The notes: generated by a model from the letters alone, not told the origin. Shown: positions 17,010 through 25,999, counted from the stretch's first letter. The stretch: DNA of 30,752 nucleotides from an uncultured Clostridia bacterium (GCA_905236975.1 CAJOQU010000182.1:1-30752), one strand, 5' to 3'. A program made the numbers and translations.

Positions 17010-18490
17010 CCGGTTTTACACAATCTGATGATCGTTTGGCAAAGCTCCTCGGTCAATTCCCCGCCGACAAGCCGCCATTCCCAGTTGCCGGTGGGAACGC
17101 CGGGGGTATTCAGCCGTGCGGAAGAATCCAACTGTAAATAGTCCTGCATGGGCACCATGACGATTCGCGCCTTAGATGAAACGGCATACCGGATCAGGCT
17201 GTAGACCGCCGAATGACTTTCATCCGCCGGCACCAGCTGTGAAAACAATCGCAGACGGTGTGCGTCGGCCTTTTCAAACCACCCGCGGGTGGTGTCGTTA
17301 TCGTGCGTGCCGGTGTAGCACACACAGTTGCGCTCGTAATTTTTGGGCAGATGCGGGTTTTCAAGGTCGGAATCAAAGGCAAACTGCAGCACCTTCATGT
17401 TCGGGAATCCCGTATCGGTGATCAGACGGCGCACCTCGGGCGAATCGGTACCCAGGTCTTCCGCAATGATCTCAGCCCCGATTTCCTTTTGCATTTGCTG
17501 CCAAAAAGGCAGCCCCACGCCCTTTTCCCACACGCCGCTTTTGGCGTCCTTTGCGCCGTAGGGGCAGGTGTAATAATCGGCAAAGGCGCGAAAATGATCG
17601 ATCCGGATCACGTCGTACAGCCGCGCTTGATGGCGCAGCCTGGTTTTCCAAAAGGCATACCCGGTGGAGCGCAGGTAGTTCCAGTCATAGATCGGGTTGC
17701 CCCACAACTGCCCCTCATCCGAGAAGGCGTCGGGCGGAACGCCCGCCACCAGCACCGGCGTGAGATCGCGGCCAAGACGAAAATTGGAAGGATTGCTCCA
17801 CACATCGGCGCTCTCCAGTTGTACATAAAACGGCAGGTCGCCGATCAGGCGAATGCCGTTGCGCTCGGCGTAAGCTTTTAAGCTGAAATACTGGCGATAA
17901 AAGAAATACTGGGTGATCCTGTAAAATTCGACCACCTCAAAATGCTCCGCGATAAAAGCGTCCATCGCCTCGGGAATGCGGTATTTCAGCCCTTCTGGAA
18001 AGTCGCCGATGGGCAAATCGCCGGTAACCTGCTTAATGGCTGAAAAAACAGCAAAATCATCCAGCCAGTCGGCGTTGTCATTCGCAAATTTGCGAAAATC
18101 GCGATCATGCACGTCAAACCGTTCCGCCGCTTTGCGCAAAAGCGGAAGCTTGACCGCGCGAACCGCGTCGTAATCGATTTTTTGAGGGTTTTCGGGCTCG
18201 GGCGGCAGCTCCTGCGGCTCCAAAAAGCCATCGTCCGCCAAAAGCTCCATATCGATCAACAAAATTTCCCCGGCAAAGGAGCTGGTCGAGCTATAAGGCG
18301 AATTGCCCTTGCCGACCGGGCAAAGGGGCAAAAGCTGCCAATAAGTTTGACGAGCGGCTCTTAAAAAATCGATAAATCGATACGCCTCCCGCCCCATGGA
18401 GCCAATGCCGTATTTCCCGGACAAAGAAAACAGGGGCAGCAAGACCCCGTTTTCCCGCCGGATTTTCCCGTCTTTATTTTTTGAGCGCAT
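16997..18490 (-). CDS. malQ: 4-alpha-glucanotransferase (amylomaltase, GH77)
   Basis: 497 aa. Motifs WQLLPL, SPYSS, GDLPFYV and QLWGNP. The catalytic motifs RIDHF, AEDLG and TGTHDN are intact. Confidence 0.95.
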   Translation of the reverse strand: MRSKNKDGKIRRENGVLLPLFSLSGKYGIGSMGREAYRFIDFLRAARQTYWQLLPLCPVGKGNSPYSSTSSFAGEILLIDMELLADDGFLEPQELPPEPENPQKIDYDAVRAVKLPLLRKAAERFDVHDRDFRKFANDNADWLDDFAVFSAIKQVTGDLPIGDFPEGLKYRIPEAMDAFIAEHFEVVEFYRITQYFFYRQYFSLKAYAERNGIRLIGDLPFYVQLESADVWSNPSNFRLGRDLTPVLVAGVPPDAFSDEGQLWGNPIYDWNYLRSTGYAFWKTRLRHQARLYDVIRIDHFRAFADYYTCPYGAKDAKSGVWEKGVGLPFWQQMQKEIGAEIIAEDLGTDSPEVRRLITDTGFPNMKVLQFAFDSDLENPHLPKNYERNCVCYTGTHDNDTTRGWFEKADAHRLRLFSQLVPADESHSAVYSLIRYAVSSKARIVMVPMQDYLQLDSSARLNTPGVPTGNWEWRLVGGELTEELCQTIIRLCKTGFGI

Positions 18491-18569
18491 CTTGCCGCCC
18501 CCTTTCCTGCCTGTGCAAGAGAAAATCTCGCCCGCTTTTAAGTCTTCCTTTTTTATTCTGTGTTTCGCA

Positions 18570-19922
18570 TTAGTCCTTGGCCGCGGACCAGCGATCGGTC
18601 ACGGTGGCTTTTACGCTGTTCCAATCTTCTTCGCCGGCGGCATAATTGCGAAGGGAAGTACCCACCGCACGGTAATAACCGTCCCCCGGGAAGACCCGGT
18701 CAATCGCCATCATCACGCTTTGCATACCGTTTTTCAGGCCGTTCATGACATCCGACACCAGCGGTACGTCAGGCATATCGCCTTCACCGAAGGTGTTAAA
18801 GGGCGTGTGCAAATTCAACTGATTTGAAACATACCCTTTACCGGTTTGACTGGAAAAGAGCCACTCTAAAAAGTCAAGAGAATTTTTCTGCGCGGTCTCA
18901 CTTGCCTTTTTGTTCAGGGCGATATACCGCTCGACGCCGATGTCAAGCCCGCGCTTTTCCTCGCCCTCAATACCGGTATAAAGCGGCAGCAGCCTGAGTT
19001 CCTCCGACTTGACCACATTACCCGAAACGCCCTTTATCTGCTCCCAGGAGCGGCTGTCGCCCTGCATCATGGCCACCTTGCCAAGTGCAAATTCTTTGGT
19101 GGAATCCGCCGCAGTCTTGGTGCCAAGCTGTTTGACGTCTGTTGCGGAATGGCCGGTATACAGATCAAACAAACCGCGATAATTGTCACCGTATGAAAAA
19201 TCGATTTTGCCCGCCTTCAGCGCGGTCATACGCACATCATCCCCACCGTTTTCCCACTCGTAAGAAAGCGGATGATTCAGCAAATCCATGGTGTAGCGCG
19301 CGTCTTCCCCTTCGGCAAGAGCCGGTGTGGCAAAAACCGCGTCAATGCCAAGCTCCGACCGGTGGTTGTCCATATCCTCCACAATGATTTTCAGCTGATC
19401 AAAGTTTTTGACCTCTTCCATGGAGGACAGCGTACTTTTTTTGTTTGACAAAGCAAAATACTTTTTCATGATGTCGTTGTTGTACAGAATGCCATAGCCG
19501 CGCACACTGTAAGGAATGGCAAAAACGCTTTCATCCTTGCCGATGGCAAGCGATTTGTCATATAACATAGAATAAATCTTACTGTCCTTGATGTCAAGAA
19601 AATAATCGTCTAATTGATTATACTGGTTGTGGCCGGTGATCTCGAACAGCGTAGGTGCGTCGGTCTGTTTTAACGCGTCCCTGAGCTTTTTGTCGTAGGA
19701 ATCGGCATTGACCGTTTCAATCCTCACTTTGACGCCGGTTTCGTTCTCATATTTTTGAGCCAGCTCTTGATAGGCGTCGGCCGCCTCGCTCTGCGAAGTA
19801 AGGAAATACACCTCCGACGTTTTGCCGCTTACATTGTCGGTCATGTTATCTCCGCAGCCCGCAAGCGACATGCAGGCGCAGACACAAAGGATCGATAACG
19901 ACCATAAAATAAATTTTTTCAT
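18570..19922 (-). CDS. Sugar ABC transporter substrate-binding lipoprotein (cluster B/MalE-like)
   Basis: SD AGGAGG precedes ATG 19922. Signal peptide with lipobox LAGC. Motifs YENETGVKV, IPYSVRGYGILYN and FALGKVAMMQG. Confidence 0.88.
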   Translation of the reverse strand: MKKFILWSLSILCVCACMSLAGCGDNMTDNVSGKTSEVYFLTSQSEAADAYQELAQKYENETGVKVRIETVNADSYDKKLRDALKQTDAPTLFEITGHNQYNQLDDYFLDIKDSKIYSMLYDKSLAIGKDESVFAIPYSVRGYGILYNNDIMKKYFALSNKKSTLSSMEEVKNFDQLKIIVEDMDNHRSELGIDAVFATPALAEGEDARYTMDLLNHPLSYEWENGGDDVRMTALKAGKIDFSYGDNYRGLFDLYTGHSATDVKQLGTKTAADSTKEFALGKVAMMQGDSRSWEQIKGVSGNVVKSEELRLLPLYTGIEGEEKRGLDIGVERYIALNKKASETAQKNSLDFLEWLFSSQTGKGYVSNQLNLHTPFNTFGEGDMPDVPLVSDVMNGLKNGMQSVMMAIDRVFPGDGYYRAVGTSLRNYAAGEEDWNSVKATVTDRWSAAKD

Positions 19923-20120
19923 AATGAACCTCCTAAAAATGTTCTTTTCATACTTTGCCACAAAAATGCAAAAAAATTCTTCACAGCAAAAAAATCCTGA
20001 AAAAAACGCATAAAAAAGCCAAATTCTACCAACAGTAGAATCTGTACTTTCGGCTCTACCAAACCAACTTATTCTGTAGAGTAAAAACAACGGGAATTAG
20101 AATGAAAACCCAAATGATTT

Positions 20121-20129
20121 TGATATAAT
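20121..20129 (+). promoter_or_regulatory. Extended -10 element upstream of the DegV gene
   Basis: TGA-TATAAT about 43 nt before the ATG. There is no good -35. Confidence 0.45.
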
Positions 20130-20171
20130 AAAGTGGCAAAAACATTTTAAAATAAAAAGGAGCTTGCCGTT

Positions 20172-21044
20172 ATGAGCTATACCATTGTGACGGATTCCTG
20201 CGCGAATCTGACCGTAAAACAGATCAAAGAGTATGGTGTGGAAATCCTGCCCATGAAATACTACATCAACGATCAGGAATACATCAGCTATTCCAAAGAG
20301 TACCCCGCCGATTCCTACGCCGATTTTTACCGGGAACTCAGAGCCAAAGCCCGCATTACCACCTCGCAGGTCTCCCGTGAGCATTGTGACGAAATCATCC
20401 TGCCGCTTTTGGAAAAAGGGCAAGACGTGTTGGCGTTGGCTTTTTCCTCCAAACTTTCGGGCACCTGCCAAAACGTCAGCGCCGCGGCCGCGGACTACCG
20501 CGAACAATACCCCGACCGCAAGATAATTGTGATCGATACCCTTTGCGCCGCGCTGGGCGAGGGATTGGCCGTGCATTACGCCGTGAAACTGAAAAACGAA
20601 GGAAAATCCATAGAAGAAGTGGCCGACTGGATCGAGCAAAACAAGCTGCACATCTGCCATATCTTCACGATTGAAGACCTGTTCTTCTTAAAACGCGGCG
20701 GTCGTCTTTCGGGCACCGGCGCCGTGCTGGGATCACTGCTTGGGATCAAGCCGCTGCTGCACACCGCCAACGACGGCGGCCTGTATGTGACCGGTAAAAC
20801 ACGGGGCAGAAAATCCTCGGTGGAGTATTTGATCAAATCGGTGCAGGAACGCGCCGTCAACGTGCGGGAACAGGATATTTTTATTGTACACGGCGACTGC
20901 GAGGACGAAGCCAAATATATGGCCGACGAAATCAAAAAACGCTGCAAGGTGAAAAACGTTGTATATCATTATCTTGACCCGGTGATTGCCACCCATTCCG
21001 GCCCCGGCACGTTGGCCGTGTTCTTTTTAGGGGAAGAACGATAA
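20172..21044 (+). CDS. DegV family fatty-acid-binding protein
   Basis: 290 aa. Motifs [37 protein letters not shown] and THSGPG. SD AAGGAG. Confidence 0.93.
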   Translation: MSYTIVTDSCANLTVKQIKEYGVEILPMKYYINDQEYISYSKEYPADSYADFYRELRAKARITTSQVSREHCDEIILPLLEKGQDVLALAFSSKLSGTCQNVSAAAADYREQYPDRKIIVIDTLCAALGEGLAVHYAVKLKNEGKSIEEVADWIEQNKLHICHIFTIEDLFFLKRGGRLSGTGAVLGSLLGIKPLLHTANDGGLYVTGKTRGRKSSVEYLIKSVQERAVNVREQDIFIVHGDCEDEAKYMADEIKKRCKVKNVVYHYLDPVIATHSGPGTLAVFFLGEER

Positions 21045-21064
21045 ACCATTCAAAACAGGGAAGG

Positions 21065-21110
21065 AACGCCCCCGGACCTCAGTCAAAAGCCGAGGCCCGG
21101 GGGCGTTTTG
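21065..21110 (+). terminator. Intrinsic terminator after the DegV gene
   Basis: AACGCCCCCGG...CCGGGGGCGTT stem followed by TTG. Confidence 0.7.
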
Positions 21111-21142
21111 CGCCAAATTGTGAAATGTATTTGAAATAATGC

Positions 21143-21170
21143 TTGCTTTTCACCAAAGATTTGCTATAAT
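21143..21170 (+). promoter_or_regulatory. sigmaA promoter of trkAH
   Basis: TTGCTT (21143-21148) - 16 nt - TATAAT (21165-21170), with a TG extended -10. Confidence 0.65.
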
Positions 21171-21228
21171 CTATTTGTAGTAATTCGATGAAAAGTGTTT
21201 TTGTCGAAAAGATAGGAAGTTTTGTTAT

Positions 21229-22590
21229 TTGAAAATCATTATTGCCGGGCTCGGCAAGGTCGGGGAACGGCTCTGTGCACAACTCTCGTCAGAAGGGCAC
21301 GAAATCACCGTGATCGACCAAAATGCCGCCAAATTGGAAATTGTCGTCAGTCGCTATGATGTGATGGGACTATGCGGAAACTGCGCCATGATGAGCGTAC
21401 TTTCCGAAGCGGGTATCAAGGAAGCCGATGTGTTGATTGTGACCACGGCGGCCGATGAAGTGAATCTGCTTTGCTGCACCACCGCGCACTATTTAAACCC
21501 CGATATTCATACCATTGTGCGCATTCGCAATCCCGAGTACAGCGAACAAATCTACGAAATGAAAAACAGCTTTGCTTTGTCGTTTGCCATTAACCCCGAA
21601 CTCCAGACTGCCGAAGAAATTGACCGGCTGCTCAAATACCCCGGATTCTTACGGCGTGATGTATTTGCCAAAAGCCGGGTGGAGATCGTGGAGCTGAAAA
21701 TCCCCGATTCCGGCGTGTTGTGCGGCCTTTCCCTGAACGAGCTTTCCTCGGTCGTGAAGTGCCAGATTTTAGTCTGCGCCGTGGTGCGGGACGGCAAAAC
21801 CCTGATTCCCGGCGGCGATTTCATCTTTCAACCGGGGGATTATATTTTTGTCACCGGCCTCCCGCATGAGCTGACCGCGTTGCTGAAAGCACTCGGCGTG
21901 ATCACGCGCAAGGTCAAGCGGGTGCTGTTATGCGGCGGTGGGCGGATCAGCTATTACCTGGCGCGCAAGCTGGAAAAAAACGGTATTTTTGTGAAGATCA
22001 TCGAACAAGACCGCGAACGCTGTCACGATCTTTCCGAGCTGTTGCCCGAGACCGAGATCGTCTGCGGCGACGCCAGCTACCAGCCCCTGCTTGAAAGCGA
22101 GGGTCTGCGTGATTACGACGCGTTGGTTACCCTGACCGGTACCGATGAGCTGAACATCATCATCTCCCTTTACGGAAAAGACGTCGGCGTTCAGCAGGTC
22201 ATCACCAAGGTGGGGCATACCGATAACAGCCACCTGTTAGAATCGCTGTCGCTGGGCAGTGTGATCAGCCCCAAAGAGCTTTGCACCGCCTCCATTGTGC
22301 GGTACATCCGCGCCATGCAAAACGGCGAAGGCGCGGCGATCACCGTTCATTCCATTGCCCACGGGCAAGCCGAGGCGTTGGAATTTAAGGTGGATGAACA
22401 AACCCTGCACTGCGGTTGTCCGCTGAAAGATGTGCCAACCCGTTCCAACGTGCTGATTGCCGGCATCACCCACGGGCGCGACACCGTCATCCCCGACGGT
22501 CAATCCCGCTTTGTCCGGGGCGACAGTGTGGTCGTGGTGACCGACGGCAGCCGCAGCATTCACCAATTGAACGATATTTTTGAAAAGTGA
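21229..22590 (+). CDS. trkA: Trk potassium uptake system gating subunit (tandem RCK domains)
   Basis: 453 aa. Two RCK_N Rossmann motifs (GLGKVG and GGGRIS), NLLCC and DELN. TTG start. Confidence 0.93.
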   Translation: MKIIIAGLGKVGERLCAQLSSEGHEITVIDQNAAKLEIVVSRYDVMGLCGNCAMMSVLSEAGIKEADVLIVTTAADEVNLLCCTTAHYLNPDIHTIVRIRNPEYSEQIYEMKNSFALSFAINPELQTAEEIDRLLKYPGFLRRDVFAKSRVEIVELKIPDSGVLCGLSLNELSSVVKCQILVCAVVRDGKTLIPGGDFIFQPGDYIFVTGLPHELTALLKALGVITRKVKRVLLCGGGRISYYLARKLEKNGIFVKIIEQDRERCHDLSELLPETEIVCGDASYQPLLESEGLRDYDALVTLTGTDELNIIISLYGKDVGVQQVITKVGHTDNSHLLESLSLGSVISPKELCTASIVRYIRAMQNGEGAAITVHSIAHGQAEALEFKVDEQTLHCGCPLKDVPTRSNVLIAGITHGRDTVIPDGQSRFVRGDSVVVVTDGSRSIHQLNDIFEK

Positions 22591-22597
22591 GAGCGAA

Positions 22598-24052
22598 ATG
22601 AATATCAAAATGATCGGGCGTTTCCAGGCGCTGATATTATTGCTCGAGGCGCTGTTTATGCTGCCCGCGCTGTTGATTTGTTTGTTTGACCGCGACATGC
22701 GTGCCGCCATGGCCTTTTTATACACCGTTTTACTGAACGCGGCGGTGGCGGGCGTGATCTATCTGCTCTGCCGCCACTCCTCGCGGGAGTTCTACCAAAA
22801 AGAAGGGCTTTTTTGTGTGGGGCTAAGCTGGATTGTGATGAGCCTTTTCGGCTCCCTGCCGTTTATGCTGTCCGGGGAGATTCCGCGGTTTATCGATGCG
22901 TTTTTCGAAACCGTTTCGGGCTTTTCCACCACCGGCGCCTCCATTCTAAACGATGTGGAAGGCCTTTCGCGCGGCATTTTGTATTGGCGCAGCTTTACCC
23001 ACTGGATCGGCGGCATGGGCGTGCTGGTGTTTTTAATCGCCATAGCGCCCGCCTTCGGCAAGAAGGACGGCTTTACCATGTACATCATGCGAGCCGAAAG
23101 CTCGGGGCCGAGCGTGGGCAAGCTGGTGCCGAGAATTCGCAAAACCGCCGCTATTCTTTACATTATTTACATTGGGTTGACCGTTTTAGACCTGATCTTT
23201 CTGCTGATCGGCGGCATGCCGCTGTTTGAGGCGGTCTGCACCGCGCTTGGCACGGCGGGCACCGGCGGCTTCGGCGTTAAAAACGACAGTATGGCCGGTT
23301 ACAGTCCTTATCTGCAAAACGTTTGTACGGTTTTCATGTTCCTGTTCGGCGTCAGTTTTTCGTGGTATTTTCTGCTGCTTCGCCGACAGTTTAAGACCGC
23401 CCTGAAGGATGAGGAACTGCGGCTTTACGTTGGGTTGGCGATCGGCAGTATGGCGGCCATTACCATCAATCTGCGTGGATTTTACCCCACTTTGTCAGAA
23501 ACCATTCGCCACGTGGCCTTTCAGGTCTCCAGTGTCATGACCACCACCGGCTTTTGTACCACCGATTTCGACCAGTGGCCGGCCTTTTCCAAGGTGCTGA
23601 TGCTGGGTTTAATGATGGTCGGCGCCTGCGCGGGCAGTACCGGCGGCGGTATGAAATGCATCCGATGGCTCTTGCTGGTTAAGAATCTGCGGCGCAATGT
23701 CAAATCCATTTGCTACCCACAGCGGGTACAGACCGTGCGGATCAACGGCAAGACCGTACCCGAAACCACCTTAGATAATACCAACGCCTTTTTGGCCGCG
23801 CATGTGATCATTTTTGCGATCAGCTTTCTGATCATCTCGATCGATGAATTCTCGGTCACCACCAACTTTACGGCGGTGATATCCTGTATCAATAACATCG
23901 GCCCGGGGCTGGAAATGGTGGGCCCCACCCATAATTTCGCGCTGTTCAGTCCGCTTTCCAAGCTGATTCTGATTTTTGACATGCTGGCCGGACGGCTGGA
24001 GATCTTCCCCATGTTGGTGCTGTTTTCCCGCAGCGCCTGGCGCAAACGCTGA
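22598..24052 (+). CDS. trkH: Trk potassium uptake membrane subunit
   Basis: Filter motifs SGFSTTG, LGTAGTGGF, TTTGF and NNIGPG, plus GSTGGG and GRLE. Start set at ATG 22598. Confidence 0.94.
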   Translation: MNIKMIGRFQALILLLEALFMLPALLICLFDRDMRAAMAFLYTVLLNAAVAGVIYLLCRHSSREFYQKEGLFCVGLSWIVMSLFGSLPFMLSGEIPRFIDAFFETVSGFSTTGASILNDVEGLSRGILYWRSFTHWIGGMGVLVFLIAIAPAFGKKDGFTMYIMRAESSGPSVGKLVPRIRKTAAILYIIYIGLTVLDLIFLLIGGMPLFEAVCTALGTAGTGGFGVKNDSMAGYSPYLQNVCTVFMFLFGVSFSWYFLLLRRQFKTALKDEELRLYVGLAIGSMAAITINLRGFYPTLSETIRHVAFQVSSVMTTTGFCTTDFDQWPAFSKVLMLGLMMVGACAGSTGGGMKCIRWLLLVKNLRRNVKSICYPQRVQTVRINGKTVPETTLDNTNAFLAAHVIIFAISFLIISIDEFSVTTNFTAVISCINNIGPGLEMVGPTHNFALFSPLSKLILIFDMLAGRLEIFPMLVLFSRSAWRKR

Positions 24053-24097
24053 CAAACCGGTTAAAATCGGACGCTTCGGCAGCCTGCAAAGAAATCT

Positions 24098-24145
24098 AAA
24101 AAAACAAAAAACAGAGCCGTCTCACCGAATGGAAGGCGGCTCTGT
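24098..24145 (-). terminator. Intrinsic terminator, strongest on the minus strand (after the XRE gene)
   Basis: ACAGAGCCGTCT (24111-24122) / AGGCGGCTCTGT stem. The long U-tract is on the minus-strand side. Confidence 0.75.
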
Positions 24146-24178
24146 CAGTATTTTCGGTCATGTTATGCTTTGTTTTTT

Positions 24179-24387
24179 CTACTTTTTTTCATCACTGCGC
24201 CCGGTCAAATAATCCAGTGAAACGTCAAACAAATCGGCAAGACGTACCAAAATTTCTATTTTCGGTTCTCGCATCATCAATTCGTAATTTTGATAGGCCT
24301 TTTCGGTGATATTACAGTAAATAGCCACCTGCCCTTGTGCCGCTCTTTGCGACAGGCGCGCAGACGGCGGGCTAATGTTTCTCTCAT
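24179..24387 (-). pseudogene. Frameshifted XRE/Cro-C1 HTH transcriptional regulator
   Basis: ATG 24387 gives MRETLARRLRACRKER (typical XRE helix 1) but stops at TGA 24279-24277. The remainder, QGQVAIYCNITEKAYQNYE...LADLFDVSLDYLTGR, is in another frame. The junction is near 24340. Confidence 0.75.
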
Positions 24388-24426
24388 ACATAAACACCTG
24401 CCTTCTTCATGAGGTTCATGAGTAGT

Positions 24427-24451
24427 AACGCGCTTCGGCGCGTTTTTTATT
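24427..24451 (+). terminator. Plus-strand intrinsic terminator with a UUCG loop
   Basis: AACGCGC-TTCG-GCGCGTT followed by TTTTATTT. Confidence 0.75.
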
Positions 24452-24656
24452 TACCCGCCGAAATTGGATGAACAACAACCCGAACCGGACAACTTCCGCT
24501 CTTGCCGGGGTTGCGACACGGCAAAAAGAATTTTTCTATAAAATCAGGTCGTTTTTTGGCAAAAGCTACGTCCCTTCGTCGTTTTTCGGCAAAAAACTTT
24601 GGTTTGTTTGCACAAAAAACATTTTGCTTTCAATCGAAGTTTTTTTGGATTGACCC

Positions 24657-24685
24657 TTGCAATGAAAGGTCGGTTTTGATATAAT
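24657..24685 (+). promoter_or_regulatory. sigmaA promoter of the ackA-BMC operon
   Basis: TTGCAA (24657-24662) - 17 nt - TATAAT (24680-24685), with a TG extended -10. Confidence 0.8.
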
Positions 24686-24796
24686 ACAAGGTGTAAAAGT
24701 CTGCTTAGGCCGGCGAAAAAGGCGCTTGTCCGCTTGACGGCGCGCCGAACCACCGGCCGCGGCACTGCGCATTCTAAACAAGAAGGAGATCATGAC

Positions 24797-25999
24797 ATGA
24801 AAATACTGGTTGTCAACGCCGGTAGTTCGTCCTTAAAGTATCAGTTGTTTGATATGGACGCACATACCGTCTTGGCGAAGGGTCTTTGCGAAAAAATCGG
24901 CCTGACCGGCGCCATTACCCACAAGCGCCCCGGCAAGCCCAACTACGCGGAAGACACTCCCATGCCGACCCACAACGAGGCCATTGCGTTGGTCTTAAAG
25001 CTCTTGACCGACCCGGAACTCGGCGTAATCGCCGATGTGAACGAGATCGGCGCCGTGGGGCACCGCTTTGCACACGGCGGAAAATTTCAAAGCTCCCGCT
25101 TTTTGGATGAGGAAACCATGCAGTACCTCGAATCCATTGTTCCCATCAATCCTTTACACGGGCCTCCGGCCATCAAGGGCGTGAACGCCTGCCGGGCTTT
25201 GATGCCTTCTACCCCGCAGGTCGGGGTGTTTGACACCTCCTTCTATGCTACGTTAGAGCCCAAAGCCTACATATATGCCCTGCCGTACGAATGGTACGAG
25301 CAATACGGCATTCGCCGTTACGGCTTCCACGGCACCTCACACCGCTATGTTTCGGGCGAGGCGGCCAAATATGTGGGCAAACCCATTGAAGAATTAAAAA
25401 TCGTCACCTGCCATATCGGCAGCGGCTCGTCGGTCACGGCGGTCGACGGCGGTAAAGCGATCGACACCTCCATGGGGTTCACCCCGCAGGACGGCCTGCC
25501 CATGGGTACCCGCTGCGGCGCGATCGATCCGTCGCTGGTCACCTACATCATGAAACAAACCGGCATGTCGCCGGATGAGATGGACACCGCCATGACCAAA
25601 AAGTCCGGTTTGCTTGGTGTTTCAGGCGTTTCGAACGACGGGCGTGATGTGTGGGATGCCGCCGATCAAGGCAACGAACGCGCCAAGCTGGCCATTGATC
25701 TGATGTGTCAGGGCGCCATCAAGTTGATCGGTTCTTATGTGGCCGAAATGAACGGGCTGGATGTGCTGGTCTTCACCGCCGGCGTAGGCGAAAACGACCG
25801 TAAATCCCGTGAGATCATCGCAGGGAATTTGACCTATCTCGGCATCAAGTTCGATGCGGAGAAAAACGCCACCGCGCCGCACGGCGGTATTTTGGAAATT
25901 TCCACCCCCGATTCGCCGGTCAAGGTGTTGGTCATTCCGACCGATGAAGAGTTCATGATCGCCTGCGATACCGAAAAGCTGGCAAAATCCATCGATTAA
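24797..25999 (+). CDS. ackA: Acetate/propionate kinase (likely propionate-preferring)
   Basis: 400 aa. Motifs NAGSSSLK, GHRFAHGG, VFDTSF, YGFHGTSH, MGTRCG and PTDEE. SD AAGGAG. Confidence 0.92.
   Translation: MKILVVNAGSSSLKYQLFDMDAHTVLAKGLCEKIGLTGAITHKRPGKPNYAEDTPMPTHNEAIALVLKLLTDPELGVIADVNEIGAVGHRFAHGGKFQSSRFLDEETMQYLESIVPINPLHGPPAIKGVNACRALMPSTPQVGVFDTSFYATLEPKAYIYALPYEWYEQYGIRRYGFHGTSHRYVSGEAAKYVGKPIEELKIVTCHIGSGSSVTAVDGGKAIDTSMGFTPQDGLPMGTRCGAIDPSLVTYIMKQTGMSPDEMDTAMTKKSGLLGVSGVSNDGRDVWDAADQGNERAKLAIDLMCQGAIKLIGSYVAEMNGLDVLVFTAGVGENDRKSREIIAGNLTYLGIKFDAEKNATAPHGGILEISTPDSPVKVLVIPTDEEFMIACDTEKLAKSID

Noticed and set aside
14358-18173. Long plus-strand ORFs opposite the TagF-like gene and malQ (e.g. 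15399-16022, 17258-17881)
   Set aside because: They are typical antisense open frames produced by codon bias in the real genes, with no motifs or start signals.
20021-20043. Resemblance of the TTCTAC/GTAGA hairpin to the Cas12a repeat handle
   Set aside because: There is no array of equal repeats with unique spacers and no cas gene in the window. It is kept only as a palindrome.
21171-21228. c-di-AMP (ydaO) riboswitch ahead of trkAH
   Set aside because: The leader is about 50 nt and AT-rich, too short for the aptamer.
24468-24793. Short ORFs in the ackA upstream region (24468-24653, 24502-24684, 24544-24765, 24566-24793)
   Set aside because: They overlap the promoter and operator-like DNA, lack SD sites and have low-complexity Phe/Lys-rich translations.
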